Positions 27,100 to 41,438 of a stretch of DNA of 64,000 nucleotides are shown in pieces. This stretch comes from Octopus vulgaris (Eukaryota): the NCBI GenBank assembly GCA_951406725.2, contig OX597833.1:66464001-66528000 (forward strand), written 5' to 3'. The translations under genes were made by a program, and so were the position numbers. The notes under the pieces were generated by a model. The model was given only the letters and a program-made list of their open reading frames with translations. It did not search any database and had not been told where the DNA came from. Numbering within the stretch: the stretch's first letter is position 1; every line of letters begins with the position of its first letter.

Positions 27100-27830
27100 A
27101 ATATGCCAGTTGTTAAAGAAAGAGCCCTCTACACCTGGTTGCTAATAAAGTAGGAGACACTTTCTGGCGTTGGGTTCTGTGAATGCAGAACGATTTATTG
27201 GTGGTAGAGCGTTAATACAACCGTGCGCTTTTGTAAAGACATAATGGACAAATGCCATGATTTTTATTTCATTACTACCCACAATGGGCTAAATACAGAG
27301 GGGACAAACAAGGACAAGGACAGACAAACGGATTAAGTCGATTACACCGACCCCAGCGCATAACTGGTACTTAATTTATCGACTCCGAAAGGATGAAAGG
27401 CAAAGTCGACCTCAGCGGAATTTGAACTCAGAACGTAGAGGCAGACGAAATACCTATTTCTTTATTGCCTTCAAAGAGCTAAACACAGAGTGGACAAACA
27501 AGGATAGACAAACGGATTAAGTTGATTATATCGACCCCAGTGCATAACTGGTACTTATTTAATCGACCCCGAAAGGATGAAAGGCAAAGTCGATCTCGGT
27601 GAAATTTGAACTCAGAACGTAGCGGCAGACGAAATACGGCTACGCATTTCGCCCAGCGTAAATGCCATGATTACTATTCCAAGAAATTGTGGTTTAGCCA
27701 TTTGCCCGTCCTGTGTAACACACGTAATACATAGAACATATTTCCCTGACATTTCTGCATCATATATGATACGATATTCGTGCGGTTTTTCATTCACCAG
27801 TAATATTAACCTTTTCCTATGAAAGGACAT
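27100..27830 (-). pseudogene. Possible degraded GIY-YIG endonuclease (Penelope-like) interrupted by a SINE
   Basis: Removing the TSD-flanked SINE restores one frame: ..EYRIIYDAEMSGKYV..IMAF|VHYVFTKAHG..FTEPNARKCLLL. Only loose resemblance to GIY-YIG motifs. Confidence 0.35.
27263..27659 (-). mobile_element. SINE family B dimer with 13-bp TSD
   Basis: AAATGCCATGATT at 27250-27262 and 27660-27672; two tandem units. Confidence 0.92.
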
Positions 27831-27939
27831 CTTTATTTTACTCAGAAGGTATAAAGCAAAGATTAGTTAACAGTTTGAAATCGAGCATGGGTGTTGAGGA
27901 TAAATACGTAGAAATTCTTTGACAAGCAAAAAGTTTATA

Positions 27940-28267
27940 TCGACTCCATTGCTTAACTGCAACTTATTTCATCGACCCCGAAAAGATGAGCGGTAAATAC
28001 GACCTCGGTGGAAATACCCCTAAGCATTTTGTCTTGGGTGCTAACAAGTCTGCCACGTTTCTACTACAGGAACAAGGTCTGAAATTTTGTGGGAGGGGGC
28101 TAGTCGATTACATCGACTCTAGCGTTTCACTGGTACTTAATTTATCGACCACGAAAGGATGAAAGGCAAAGTCGACCTCGGCGGAATTTGAACTCAGAAG
28201 GTAGAACCAGAAGAAATGCCTCGAAGCCTTTCGTCCAGCGTGCTAACGATTCTGCCAGCTCACCGCC
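27940..28267 (-). mobile_element. SINE family B (B2 tail) plus adjacent older fragment
   Basis: CTGCCAGCTCACCGCC head; GAAAGGATGAAAGGCAAAGTCGACC. Confidence 0.8.
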
Positions 28268-28503
28268 TTTTTTTATGATGTTATAACAAAATAATAAACA
28301 CTGCTGTTTCATTCCACTCTCAGATATGCACTCTGTGAATTATCCAAAATGCATAAATAGTACCAAAAGCAAGTCCAAAGACAAATCGTTTTGATTCTTG
28401 AACGGAATTTGGATATATAAGGATTTGCATGAATTTTAAATGTTAGTTAACCATTTTCCATTCTCATTCGAAATAACAAATTTTCAGTATTTTTATGTTT
28501 CCA

Positions 28504-28862
28504 GGCAGCGAGCTGGCAGAAACGTTAGCACGCCGGGCGAAATGCGTAGCCGTATTTCGTCTGCCGTTACGTTCTGAGTTCAAATTCCGCCGAGGTCGAC
28601 TTTGCCTTTCATTCTTTCGGGGTCGATTAAATAAGTACCAGTTACGCACTGGGGTCGATATAATCGACTTAATCCGTTTGTCTGTCCTTGTTTGCCCCCT
28701 CTGTTGTAGCCCCTTGTGGGTAGTAAAGAAATAGGTATTTCGTCTGTCTTTACGTTCTGAGTTCAAATTCCGCCTAGGTCGACTTTGCCTTTCATCCTTT
28801 CTAGATCGCTAAATTAAGTGCCCGTTGCATACTGAAGTAGATCTAATCAACTGGCCCCCTCC
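28504..28862 (+). mobile_element. SINE family B dimer with complete head
   Basis: GGCAGCGAGCTGGCAGAAACGTTAGC..GAGTTCAAATTC; second unit starts at about 28736. Confidence 0.9.
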
Positions 28863-28906
28863 CTCATCGTTATTCGTTTTTTTACGCACGCACACACACA
28901 CACACG

Positions 28907-28937
<31 letters not shown>

Positions 28938-28938
<1 letters not shown>

Positions 28939-29090
28939 CGACGAGCTTCTTTCAGTTTCCGCCTACCAAAGGCTTTGGTCGGCCCGAGGCTATAATAGAA
29001 GACACTTGCCCAAGATGCCACGTAGTGGGAGTGAACACGGAACCATGTGGTTGGTAAGCAAGCTATTTACCACACAACCACTCCTGCGCC
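28938..29090 (-). mobile_element. SINE family A head
   Basis: Ends in CACTCCTGCGCC. Confidence 0.85.
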
Positions 29091-29959
29091 TCTACAATGC
29101 ATACAATCGCATACAATTGTAATACCGTAATCGTACGCATTATTATTAACACGAGAAATCACTTAAAACGGGTAGTTTTTCAGCCATCAAGACGTTTTAA
29201 CGCGGTTTCACAAGCGTATACACATGTGTCTTATTCACATTATTATTATCTAAGGATGTGTATGATTATATGAATGTATATACGTACGTACGTATGTATG
29301 AATGTATGTATGTATTTATGTATGTAAGTGTGTGTATGTGTGAGAGTGTGTGCGTGTGCGTATATGTATGTATGCATGTATGTATGTAAATTGCTACTTG
29401 GAACAATTCAGTACATGCCGAGACGATTTTAAATTGAATAAAATATCGAAAAGAAAAGAAGGTAATACGAAATTACAAGGAAGTAGATGCATTAGAATAT
29501 AAACTGGAATATAATTTATTATGAAGTATCATTAAAGTATATTAAAATAATGTGGAGATGCGAAGAAAAATTGTCTGAAAGTAGGAAAAAAAAAATGAAG
29601 GTTACAAGTTTGAATGAGTAGGTGTTGAGGATTTTGTAATCTAGACTGATTTTTAGGTTAGTAATATGTAATTAACTTTAATTAGAGATGGCAAAGAAAA
29701 ACAACAACAGTAATAACAAGAAAAAACAACAAAACATAATAATATTGTCGAGTATAGTGATATATATATTTAATGAAAGTTAGTAAATTGATGGCTTAAT
29801 AGAGACACGTAGGCTGTAAATTTAATAGATTTAATAAATTTAATAAAAATTGTAGATAGAAGAGGTGATAATTAAATAGAAGTTTCAACAAATTAAATGT
29901 GGTCGAGAGGTGAAAATCTATTCGAATTTAAGCAGCTTTGTGAAATATCTACCAAATTA

Positions 29960-30295
29960 GTCGCAAGCATGGCTATCGGTAAGATGTTTGCTTTCCAAAC
30001 TCAGGTTTCCGGATTCAGCTCCGCAGTGTGCCACCAAGGTGGCACATGGTGTGTGTGTGTGTGTGTGTATGCGTGTCTTTCTGTTTCTGTATCTGCATTT
30101 GTCTTCCATCACCGCTTGATAACTGGTGTTTGTGTGATTACGTCTCCCGTAACTTAGCGGTTCGGCAAAAGAAACCGTTAGAATAAGTACCTGTTTTAAA
30201 GAATAAGTGTTAGGGTTGATTCATTCGACCAAAAACTTTTCAATCCGATGCCCCAGCATGGCCGCAGTCTCATGATTGAAACAAGTAAAAGAAAA
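29960..30295 (+). mobile_element. SINE family A, internally deleted and diverged
   Basis: CGTAACTTAGCGGTTCGGCAAAAG..CAGCATGGCCGCAGTC. Confidence 0.75.
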
Positions 30296-30322
30296 GCTTA
30301 AAGATAAACCAGATAATATACC

Positions 30323-31414
30323 TATTTCTTTACTACCCACAAGGGGCTAAACACAGAGGGGACAAACAAGGACAGACAAACGGATTAAGTCGATTATATC
30401 GACCCCAGTGCGTAACTGGTCCTTAATTTATCGACCCCGAATGAATGAAAGGCAAAGTCGACCTCGGCGGAATTTGAACTCAGAACGTAACGGCAGACGA
30501 AATACGGCTACGCATTTCGCCCGGCGTGCTAACGTTTCTGCCAGCTCGCCGCCGAGAATATACCGCCAGGAATTCACCCGGTTCTAAGTCATTACACTTC
30601 TGTTGACTTTTCGCGCCGGATTGATGCGTTGTTTTCGTCCCCGAAACGATAAAAGGCAAAATTCACCTTGGTGGGATCTAAATGCAATGATGAGAAACAG
30701 GTGCACTGCAAGACATCCGGTCTGATGTCCTTAACGTTCCACCAATGAACTGGCCAGAGTAGATATATTTTTATATAGTCCCCTAACGTATAAAAGGCAA
30801 AGATGATCTCAGCGGAATTTGAACTCAAAGTGAAGAGTACCGGAAGAAATAATAATGCAAAGTAGTATATATTTCTTTACTACCCACAAGGGGCTAAACA
30901 TAGAGGGGACAAACAAAGACAGAAAAAGGGATTAAGTCGATTACATCGACCCCAGTGCGAAACTGGTACTTAATTTATCGACCCCGAAAGGATGAAAGGC
31001 AAAGTCGACCTCGGCGGAATTTGAACTCAGAATGTAGCGACAGACGAAATACGGCTACGCATTTCGCCCGGCGTGCTAACGTTTCTGCCAGCTCTCCGCC
31101 GAGAACATACCGTCAGGAATTCACCCGGTTCTAAGTCATTATACTTCTGTCGACTTTTCGCGCCGGATTGATGCGTTGTTTTCGTCCCCGAAAAGATAAA
31201 AGGCAAAATTCACCTCGGTAGGATCTAAATGCAGTGTTGAGAAGCAGATGCACTGCAAGACATCCGATCTGATATCCTTAACGTTCCACCAATGAACTGC
31301 CCAAAGTAGATATTTTTTATTTATAGTCCCCTAACGTATAAAAGGCAAAGATGGTCTCAGCGGAATTTGAACTCAAAGTGAAGAGCGCCGGAAGTAATAA
31401 TAATGCAAAGTAGT
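30323..31414. repeat. 547-bp tandem duplication; each unit holds a minus-strand SINE B plus older SINE-B remnants
   Basis: Units 30323-30866 and 30870-31414 start TATTTCTTTACTACCCAC and end AATAATGCAAAGTAGT. Confidence 0.92.
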
Positions 31415-32572
31415 CTAACGGACGCTCTAACGAGTTGGCCAATGAATCGCAGAGAATCAGAGCAACATAATAATAGTGGTATTCCATATAAAAGCCATCC
31501 GATAAACAGTGACTGCGATACTGACAAGACAGAAAGAAATTGTGTTGTTTGTAGCCCTGTTTTATCTCCTGTTATGAATATTAATCATTTGGCGTGACAT
31601 ATCCTTAAGATATCCATTAATAACAGCAAAAGTAGTGTACTAAATTTAAAATAGCGTTAAGCACAATATTCTGAAATCATAAAGAATTATTTGAAGTGCT
31701 TATTTCGTAGAAGATTTGATTGAAGATACAAAAAAAAAAAAAAAAAGAAATGGTCATTTTAGTTTACTTTTAGATAATTCTAATACTATTAATGTCATAA
31801 AAAAATGTTTGGAATGATGATAATTTAATTAAAACAGACGTAGAAATTCAAAGATATCTTCATATTCATTAATCTTGTGGAATGAAACGATTTGAGGCTG
31901 ATGGCGTTATTGAGGCATCAAAAATGAATTTAGATATAAAAAGGTAAAGTTAAATAAACTAACAAACTAGGTGGTATTTGAAATTATAATTCGGCCGTTA
32001 TAGTTGGGATTAGCGATGGATGATATGACGAGATCACGTGATTGACCAGAGTATCGGATGTTGTTTTTTTTTTAAATCGCTAGTCACATTGCGCTTTGCA
32101 TCGTTTCAGCTTTCGAATGATACCGCTCTGCTGGTTAGGCGGGGTGGGGGAGAGCATGTCAACATTGCCCCTGACAGGAATGCTTGTTCTGCCACAGGTT
32201 TACTCATTTACAGCTCAGTGGAATGGTAGAACGTGAAAGGAAATGTTTTGCTCGGTCCACGAATCGAACACACGATTCAGCGATCGTGTGTCCAACACCC
32301 CAGGCACTAGGTCACTCGCCTTCACATAATGCAGGATATAAAATAAAAGAATACTCACAACTTATTATAAGTGAAATTCTGTTAGTAGGTCTCTTTAGAT
32401 ATGGGGACCGTCTTCAGATTGGAACGGGACGATTGGGCGTAGCCGTTTAGCCGCTGGGGATTTGACGCAGCTGACTGGACATCTAAATTGTTTTGGCAAC
32501 GGCTTCGTTGCCCACAGCACTTTGTGGTACTTGAGGTAAACAGAAAGACAGACAGACAGACAGACAGACACA

Positions 32573-32631
<59 letters not shown>

Positions 32632-32639
32632 GCACATGT

Positions 32640-32792
32640 GGTGTGCCAAGTTGAATCCCCCTGAGAACTTCGTTAAGGGTACGCGTGTCTGTGGAGTGCT
32701 CGGCCACTTGCACGTTAATTTCTCGGGCCGAGCCGAGTGTTCCGTTGATCGGATCAACAAGATCACTCGTCGTCGCCACCGACGGAATGCTA
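32640..32792 (+). mobile_element. 3' tail shared with SINE family C
   Basis: GTTAAGGGTACGCGTGTCTGTGGAGTGCTCGGCCACTTGCACGTTAATTTC..CCGACGGA. Confidence 0.75.
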
Positions 32793-33175
32793 GTTATATC
32801 ATTGTTGTTATTATTGTTGTTATCGTTCAGCATCTCCATCCCCGCCGATCAGGTCCTTACGCCGCTCTACACTGTGATAAAAAACCTATCAACCATAATT
32901 ATCCATTTACATTCATTTACTTATATAAACGAACACGTTCTTCCATTTTTCAGGAAGACAGAATGATTGAATGCGGACTTAGCTACCATTTCTTTTATGG
33001 TCAGCGGACACGTAGATATCTTTCGCTGGTGTCACGTTGAATGCACATACATACATTACTACACACACATACATACACATACATATACACACATACACAC
33101 ACACATATATATGCTTACTTATACGTACGTACACAGACATATGCACATGTATGTGTCCCTCTATATATGTATATG

Positions 33176-33230
<55 letters not shown>

Positions 33231-33259
33231 ACATTTCCTATAAATGTGTATATATATGA

Positions 33260-33296
<37 letters not shown>

Positions 33297-33574
33297 CATT
33301 CACACATGTACATATACGTATATATGTACATACACATGTATATGTTTAAATGATTGTATGTATGTATATTTATATATGTATATTCAATATATATATATAT
33401 GTATATGTATATATATATATAAATACATATACTTATATTATATATGTGTGTATATATACATAATCTATATATATATATGTATATGTATATATGTGTGTAT
33501 ATATATATAGATACATGCACACACGCACATATATATATATATGTGTGTGTGTGTATGCATCTTTATATATGTAT

Positions 33575-33639
<65 letters not shown>

Positions 33640-33769
33640 TAGGTGTATGTGTGTTTGTACTTCCTGCGGTTTTTGTTGATATATTTGTCTGAATCTCTTG
33701 GTATTCTTCCTAAGACAACTATTATTATTTAAAGATGGTGATTGAAAGACCCGCTGGGGATAGAAATTC

Positions 33770-34005
33770 CATTTCCAAAAGAATTTATATTTTGATAGTT
33801 TCTCCATTTCTTTCAAAGACATATATAAGTTATCCGTTGGAATTGGTTAGCAGACATTTTTCTTACAGTCTTTGATAACTACGTCTACATTTTAATCTTT
33901 CTATCTGTGTGAAATTATATTTAATGCTTCTCTCCGTTTCTGTCAATTATTTCCCTCTGCGCTTTGCACTATTAATTCTGTTATTTCTGTAATTGGTGTT
34001 CCCAT
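33770..34005 (-). mobile_element. Degraded R4/Dong-type RLE fragment next to (TAA)n
   Basis: HTDRKIK and SLKEMEKLSKYK match HTDREIK and SLKEMEKLSKYK of 40746-41297. Confidence 0.7.
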
Positions 34006-34210
<205 letters not shown>

Positions 34211-34964
34211 GTCGTTATTACGATTTCTGTCTTTTTCCATCTATTGTTGCCTTAAACATTACTTTTAATGTTCTTTCGTTGTTAGTTTTGTTGTAGTAGT
34301 AGTAGTAGTAGTTGTTGTTGTTGTTGTTGTTCCTACTCCCTCTCTGCATCCGGCTCTTCTTCTTGACCGCTCCGATATCTCCTCCTCCACCACTTCCTCT
34401 TCTTCCTCTCCTTCACCACCTTCTTTTAGTTCTCTCCGTTTCTTTTCTTCTTATTCTTGTTATCATTATAAATGTGATTGTTCTTCTTTCCCTTCATCAT
34501 AATCTTCTTCTTCATCTTCTTCATCTTCTTCTTCTTCTTCTTCTTCTTCTTCTTCTTCTTCTTCTTCTTCTTCTTCTTCTTCTTCTTCTTCTTCTTCTTC
34601 TCCCCTTTTCTCTTTACTGCAGTTACGCTTGTTGTTCTTCGTTTTCTTCTTTGCTCCCTCGAAGTTTCTAGAAATATTTTCTTCTTGCCTAAAATAATAT
34701 CATTGGCTGTTTATTCTCAACCGCCATATATTATATTATATAGTATAACTTAACTGTGCACTTATGATTTCTGCTGAGAATGTTTTCATACTGTGCAGCG
34801 AACCTCTCCTCTGCTGCCCAGTCACAGACTTAAGTTTCGATTCTCATTTACTTATGTTTTGTTTAGTCTTGTACAATATTGGCTACATAAATACCCATTC
34901 TGATTTTGGAACAAATCCAGTAATTTTGAGGGGACAGAAAGTCGATTACAGTAACCTTTGTAAT

Positions 34965-35165
34965 ACAGGTACAACACAAACAGGAAGAAAGGGTGAGAGT
35001 AAGTTGTGGTGAAAGAGCACAGCAGGGTTCGCCACCACCCCCTGCTGGAGGCTGGAGGAGCTTTAAATGTTTTCGCTCAATAAACATTCACAACGCCCGC
35101 TCTGGAAATCGAAACCGCGATCCTACGACCGCGAGTCCTCTGCCCTAACCACTGAGCCATTGCTA
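34965..35165 (-). mobile_element. SINE family C 5' part
   Basis: GCAATGGCTCAGTGGTTAGGGCAG..CGCGGTTTCGATTTCCAG on the minus strand. Confidence 0.85.
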
Positions 35166-35288
35166 CTCTACCTTGTAAAGTAATGGATATATAAATATTG
35201 TAAAGCATTGTCTTGTACAGTCTCGTAAAATATTGTTCATATATTATTTGTAAAGGATTGTTGAATCTTGTAAAAGACTGGATATATA

Positions 35289-35349
<61 letters not shown>

Positions 35350-35350
<1 letters not shown>

Positions 35351-36045
35351 ACAATACTGTTTATTTTATATATATTGTCAAGTCTAGTTCAGCCTTGTGA
35401 TGTGTGTGCTTACTACTGGCCCGTATTGGTCCCCAGAGGGGACGACGAACTAAGGGCCCATTTCACATGAGCACCAGTATTTCTGGCTAAGTTTCCTGTA
35501 TTTTTCCTCTTCATGTTCTGCAGTGCCATACAGCCTTGTAGCTTAAAACCTTTGCCTGTGTTTTCGCCGCAATCTCAGTTTCAAATAGCATGTACATACT
35601 TCCATATTACAAAGCCAGGTTCTGGGGCGCTGCAAATGTGCTAAACATAAGTTAGAATTCCCTCTAGCCCCTCTTTTATACGAATTACCACTCTATTTAA
35701 ATGTAGAACAAGATTTGCTTATCATGCTCTTTCTTGGACACTTCGTCGGGCAAAGAATTACTAACCTTTGTAAAATAGCTTACTCACACGTTTTCTTTTG
35801 CCTAGAGCTCACTCGAAACTAGATCTCTTTTTGATTCTCAATTCTAGAAGCTAAACTGAGTTTTGTTGGTGGTGCCAGACGCTTGCTCAGCCTATGATGT
35901 TGCAGAATATGAAGAGGTAAAATACAAGAATCCTGACCAGAAATATTGGTGCTGATGTGGGCCTTACCTCGTCCTCACCACTGGGGTCCAATAGGGGCCA
36001 GTGGTAAGCACATACTTTAGGAAGCTGAACTATACTTGATAAGAT
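35350..36045 (-). mobile_element. Old Penelope-like insertion: diverged inverted arms around a possible GIY-YIG remnant
   Basis: About 35373-35530 is the diverged reverse complement of about 35893-36044. Spacer minus strand reads TKLSLASRIENQK (compare GIY-YIG T.R.L..RI.EH). Starts at (TA)n. Confidence 0.5.
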
Positions 36046-36387
36046 TGTTATGATTTACCTTGTTTCGTTATGACCTTGTTTTAGATACTTATGACCTTGT
36101 TTAAGATACCTTGTTTTAGATACTTAAATTAATTTCTACAGAACTAAACCTCTTGGTTTTTCAAATTGTACCTGAAAATGCATTAGAAACCGTATCTGTT
36201 TGTGTCATGGATATGTTTCTCGTTTATTATTTAAAAACCTATATTTAATGCACATTTGCGGGAGAGATATATTGATTGTCAACATTATGGTACTTTAGCC
36301 TCAAATTCTCCTCTTCCTCCTCCTCCTCATCCTCAACTACCACCACCATCACCACCACCACCACCACCACAACCACAGCCACCACAG

Positions 36388-36468
36388 CCCAGTAGTGCTA
36401 TTTTATGTATGTTATGTATACTTGTTAGTCCTGGTGTTTTCGCTATGTATCTGTCTGAATATTTTTCA
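36388..36468 (-). mobile_element. 80-bp internal R4/Dong fragment inside (CAC/CAT)n
   Basis: KYSDRYIAKTPGLTSIHNIHKIALLG versus KYSDKYITKTPGLTNTYNVQKIALLG (41507-41811 copy). Confidence 0.85.
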
Positions 36469-36527
36469 TCATCGTCATCATCATCATCATCACCTCCATC
36501 ATCACAACCACCACCATCATAACCACC

Positions 36528-36574
<47 letters not shown>

Positions 36575-36623
36575 AACCATCATCATCATCACCATCATCA
36601 CCATCATCATCATCATCATCACT

Positions 36624-36682
<59 letters not shown>

Positions 36683-36834
36683 TATATTTCGTGCAAACTG
36701 TAGAGGATGCGGAAGAAAGACAACCACGTAAAGGTTGTTACTTTTATTAACTGAAATATGCATTCTCCTCTAAATGACTAGATATCATCTGGTCCTGTGT
36801 GGAATAATTAATACGTCGATATCATCTCCTGTTA

Positions 36835-36890
<56 letters not shown>

Positions 36891-36918
36891 ATGTATAATA
36901 GTTACACGAAGTTAATAA

Positions 36919-36959
<41 letters not shown>

Positions 36960-37284
36960 GTATAGTCATATACATACATACACACACGTGCATATTTATA
37001 AATATGTATATATTATTATATTTATATAAAATACACATTTACATACAAACATATATACATATATATATATATACATATTTATATCTATATATTTATGTGT
37101 AGATATATGTGTATATATATTTGTATATGTATCTGTGCAAAATATAAATGCATATATACATAGATGCAATCAGAAATACATCCACTCATTCATGCGTGCA
37201 TGTATATTTGTGCGTGTGTATGTAGAAATCTCATAGATGCAGCCGATTACTTACACATACATACATACATACATACATACATAC

Positions 37285-37331
<47 letters not shown>

Positions 37332-37956
37332 CGTGCGTGAGTATGTAGGAATTTCATTGAGGCAGCCGATAACTACTTACATATAAATATGTGTGTGTGT
37401 GCGTGTGCGTCTGTGTATGCGCGCGCATGTGTTTGTGTGTTTATGCATTTCATTGAGAGGCAGCAGATAATTATTTATATGCGTGCGTTTCATTCAACTC
37501 ACGAAAGCAATGGCCGTTCTGTAAGGACAGGTTTTTTTTGCACAACTCTTTATTATAGTGATCGGTTCAGTCGCTGTTTTTTTTTTCAACGTCCATTTTA
37601 GCTGCTCTTTCATCCTTGGCCACTCGTTCTCGGATAACAAAGAAAAAAAAAAAACAAGCAAACAAACGAACAAACGAACAAACAAAAAACAAAAACAAAC
37701 AAACTAATATATAAAAATAACCTGTAGCTTGAATGTTTGCAAGAATTTCATTATAGGCTTCGATTATCGATTATTTCAAAGGAAATGTTTTGAATTAATA
37801 ATCAACTTCCTAAACTCTTCACTGACACTCTTTGTTTTTATAACTGCTTCAATCTCTCTCTCTCTCCCTCTCTCTCTCTCCCCCTCTCTCTCTCTCTCCC
37901 TCTCTCTCCCTTCGTCTCTCTCTCTCCCTCTCTCTCTCTCCCTCTCTCTCCCTTCG

Positions 37957-38005
<49 letters not shown>

Positions 38006-38064
38006 GTCTTATTCTCTATTTTTAAGACACGCATAGGATATTATTATTGCTATTCTTATTAACA

Positions 38065-38108
<44 letters not shown>

Positions 38109-38161
38109 GTTATTATTATTGCTACTACTATTAATATTGATATTACTATTATTATTATTAC

Positions 38162-38200
<39 letters not shown>

Positions 38201-38365
38201 TTTTTATTGTCCTCGTTATTATTTTTATAATTTCATAAAATTTTATTACATTTTATAACTATTCAGTTTTATTACTGTTAACACTATTATTATTAATGAC
38301 ATTATTATTGTTATTATTATTATTGCTATTACTACTAACATTGATATTATTATTATTATTATTAC

Positions 38366-38441
<76 letters not shown>

Positions 38442-38819
38442 TCTATTATTATTATCGTTATCATCATCATGGTCAACAGGAATATTGTTACTGGATTTCT
38501 CGTATAAAATGCGGTGCACTTAAATTTTTTTTAATGAAAACAAAACAGAAATGGCGAAATAAGACAGAATAACAACAACAAAAACGACCAAGCAAACAAG
38601 CAAAGAAAATCTTAATCGTTTCAAGTGCTTTGATGACAAACTTTGGAAACTAGTGTAACTTCCGGAATCTGAGGAAACTGATGCTTCTCTGCGACGGCAA
38701 TAATTAGTCCAAAGAAGCGTTTCTTGAAAGAGTTCGATCAGTTCAACCGCCAGTAGGTGTGGAGTAGTTCAGGTTTCGAATTCTAGTCCCATTCATCTGA
38801 CAGCTAAATATGACACATT

Positions 38820-38994
<175 letters not shown>

Positions 38995-39177
38995 GTAAAA
39001 TATGTGCACGAGTTGTGTATAAATGAAACAAAAAGAAGAGAACTAAGAACTTAATAGACCGGAATAAATGCTGCAGGAAATTTTAACAGAAGCTCTGATT
39101 CAGCAAATATGATAGATTCCGGTGCATTTTTACCTACACTTTGTTGTGAAGGAATGATAATAACAATAATAATAATA

Positions 39178-39223
<46 letters not shown>

Positions 39224-39224
<1 letters not shown>

Positions 39225-40522
39225 AGCAACAATTGAAAAGTATGAAGAATTCAAAGTTGAATGTCGGAAATATATTTTTGGCAATAAATTCACACGCATT
39301 TGCATTGCATCGGTATTGATCTGGGATATTGAAATGGAGAGAGGAGTTGAAGAGGATAACAAGAAAGCTTCTAACTATGGACGGAGACCATTATTCACGT
39401 ATAGACATTGATCGTCTATACATGAAGAGAGCAAAATGGAAGGGAACTGGTAAGTATGGAAGACTGCGTTCATATTGTTGAGATGTCTAAGCCAAAGTAA
39501 GGAAATCTTGTTAAATGCAGTTAGAGATGAGAGCATATTGAAAGCAGGGAAAAAGGAGAAAACAAAATAAGGAGTATAAATAGCACTACTCAACGCAGGG
39601 TTGTTCAGATTATTTCATGTATCCTGGAGAACATAGGGTGGACTGGGTAAAGAAATGAGCTCTTATAAAGGAAACCGAGAATGTTATACTTGTAGAGTAA
39701 GATAAAGCTTCGGCCAAAAAATGGAGGGTCAGTTTTAGAAATGTGCAAATGTCTCTGTTGTGCCGAATATGTAATGAATTTGATGAAACTGTTGCCCATA
39801 GAGAAAATGAATGTATTGGGAACAGTGCAAAAATATATATGGAGTGAATGTGTCAGAAAATGTAGAGTTTGTAGAACTTGGAACGAGACAGTGGCACACT
39901 TTGTGCAAGAATGCCCCAAGTTGTCACAGGAAGAATACAAAATATGGAGGCACGATCAGGTTGTAAAAGCTTTACACTGGAAACTGTGGCAGAAATGGGG
40001 ATTTGAAACTGGAAACACATGGTACAATAATCGAATCGAAAGAGTACTAGAGTCGGAGAAATGTAAGACTTTGTGGGGTTTTCCTATTGAAATGGACAAG
40101 AAATTAGAAAATATTAGTCCAGATATTACAAACATAGGTAAGGAAAAGTGAAGTTGCTTAGTTATCAACCCGTCATGCCTATTTGATTCCAGGATCGTAA
40201 AGAAAGAGGAAGAAAAAATACAATCCCTTAAAATTTGAAATAGGAAGAATTCAGAGTATGCGAACAGTAAAGGTTGTGCCTATAATAATTGGTGCACTGA
40301 GAACAGTAAACCAAGATATGGACAAATACCTGAGAAAGATTGAAATAGAATGTCCGGTAGAGCTCATGCAGAAAGTTTCTTTCTTTGGGACAGCAAGGAT
40401 TATCAGGAAGGTTCTAAGCACTTGAAAGACCACTGAAAACTTATGGATACATAAGGTTACAGATAATAACCCGCTACCCAGATAAATCTTACCAGGAATA
40501 AGACCAAACCTGATCCAAACCA
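39224..40522 (+). mobile_element. Older R4/Dong-like LINE 3' portion with stops and frameshifts
   Basis: CRVC..ETVAHFVQECPKL..RHDQV (CCHC zinc knuckle plus RHD), SPDI, VPIIIGAL. Between (ATG)n and (TAA)n. Confidence 0.8.
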
Positions 40523-40543
40523 ATAATGATAATAATAATAATA

Positions 40544-40627
<84 letters not shown>

Positions 40628-40657
40628 TTAATAATAATAATATTAATAATAATAATG

Positions 40658-40717
<60 letters not shown>

Positions 40718-40718
<1 letters not shown>

Positions 40719-41438
40719 CCCACCAGAAATTACCAAAGACATGTAATGAAAAGAAATATTACAAGTAACTGCAGAATATGTGGAGATGGACAAGAAACAA
40801 TAAATCATATTATCTCTAGCTGCCCAGTCCTGGCTAAGAAGGAATATATTCACAGACATGACAGAGTTGGAACTTACATACATTGGAAGCTATGCCAACA
40901 TTATGGAATAACAACAGAAAAAAGATGGTATAGGCACACACCAGAAAAGGTCACAGAAAACGAGAAAGCAACCATACTCTGGGATATGCCGATACACACA
41001 GATAGAGAAATTAAGGCCAACAGACCAGATATAGTTGTCAGAGACCATGAAGAAAAAAAATGCTTTCTAATTGATGTATCAGTACCGGCAGATGACAACG
41101 TGTCTCTAAAAGAAATGGAGAAACTCTCAAAATACAAAGACCTGGAAATAGAGGTAACTAGAATGTGGAATCTGAAAACAGAAACAATTCCTATCATAGT
41201 AGGTGCATTAGGCATGATAAAAAAATATTCAGACAAATACATAACAAAAACACCAGGACTTACAAACACATATGCATACAGAAAATTGCACTACTAGGCA
41301 CTGCACACATCCTACGCAGAACACTTTCCATACAATAACCATCAGAGCATCACAACAAATCACAGCACATACCCAAGGCACACAGAGCTGCGCTCGGTAG
41401 TGAAGTGAAAGCACGCTATAAAAATAAAAATAAAACTA

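Noticed and set aside
40746-41297. 183-aa ORF as a host gene
   Set aside because: It is the truncated, frameshifted C-terminus of an RLE LINE. The 62041-62487 ORF is likewise a CR1 fragment.
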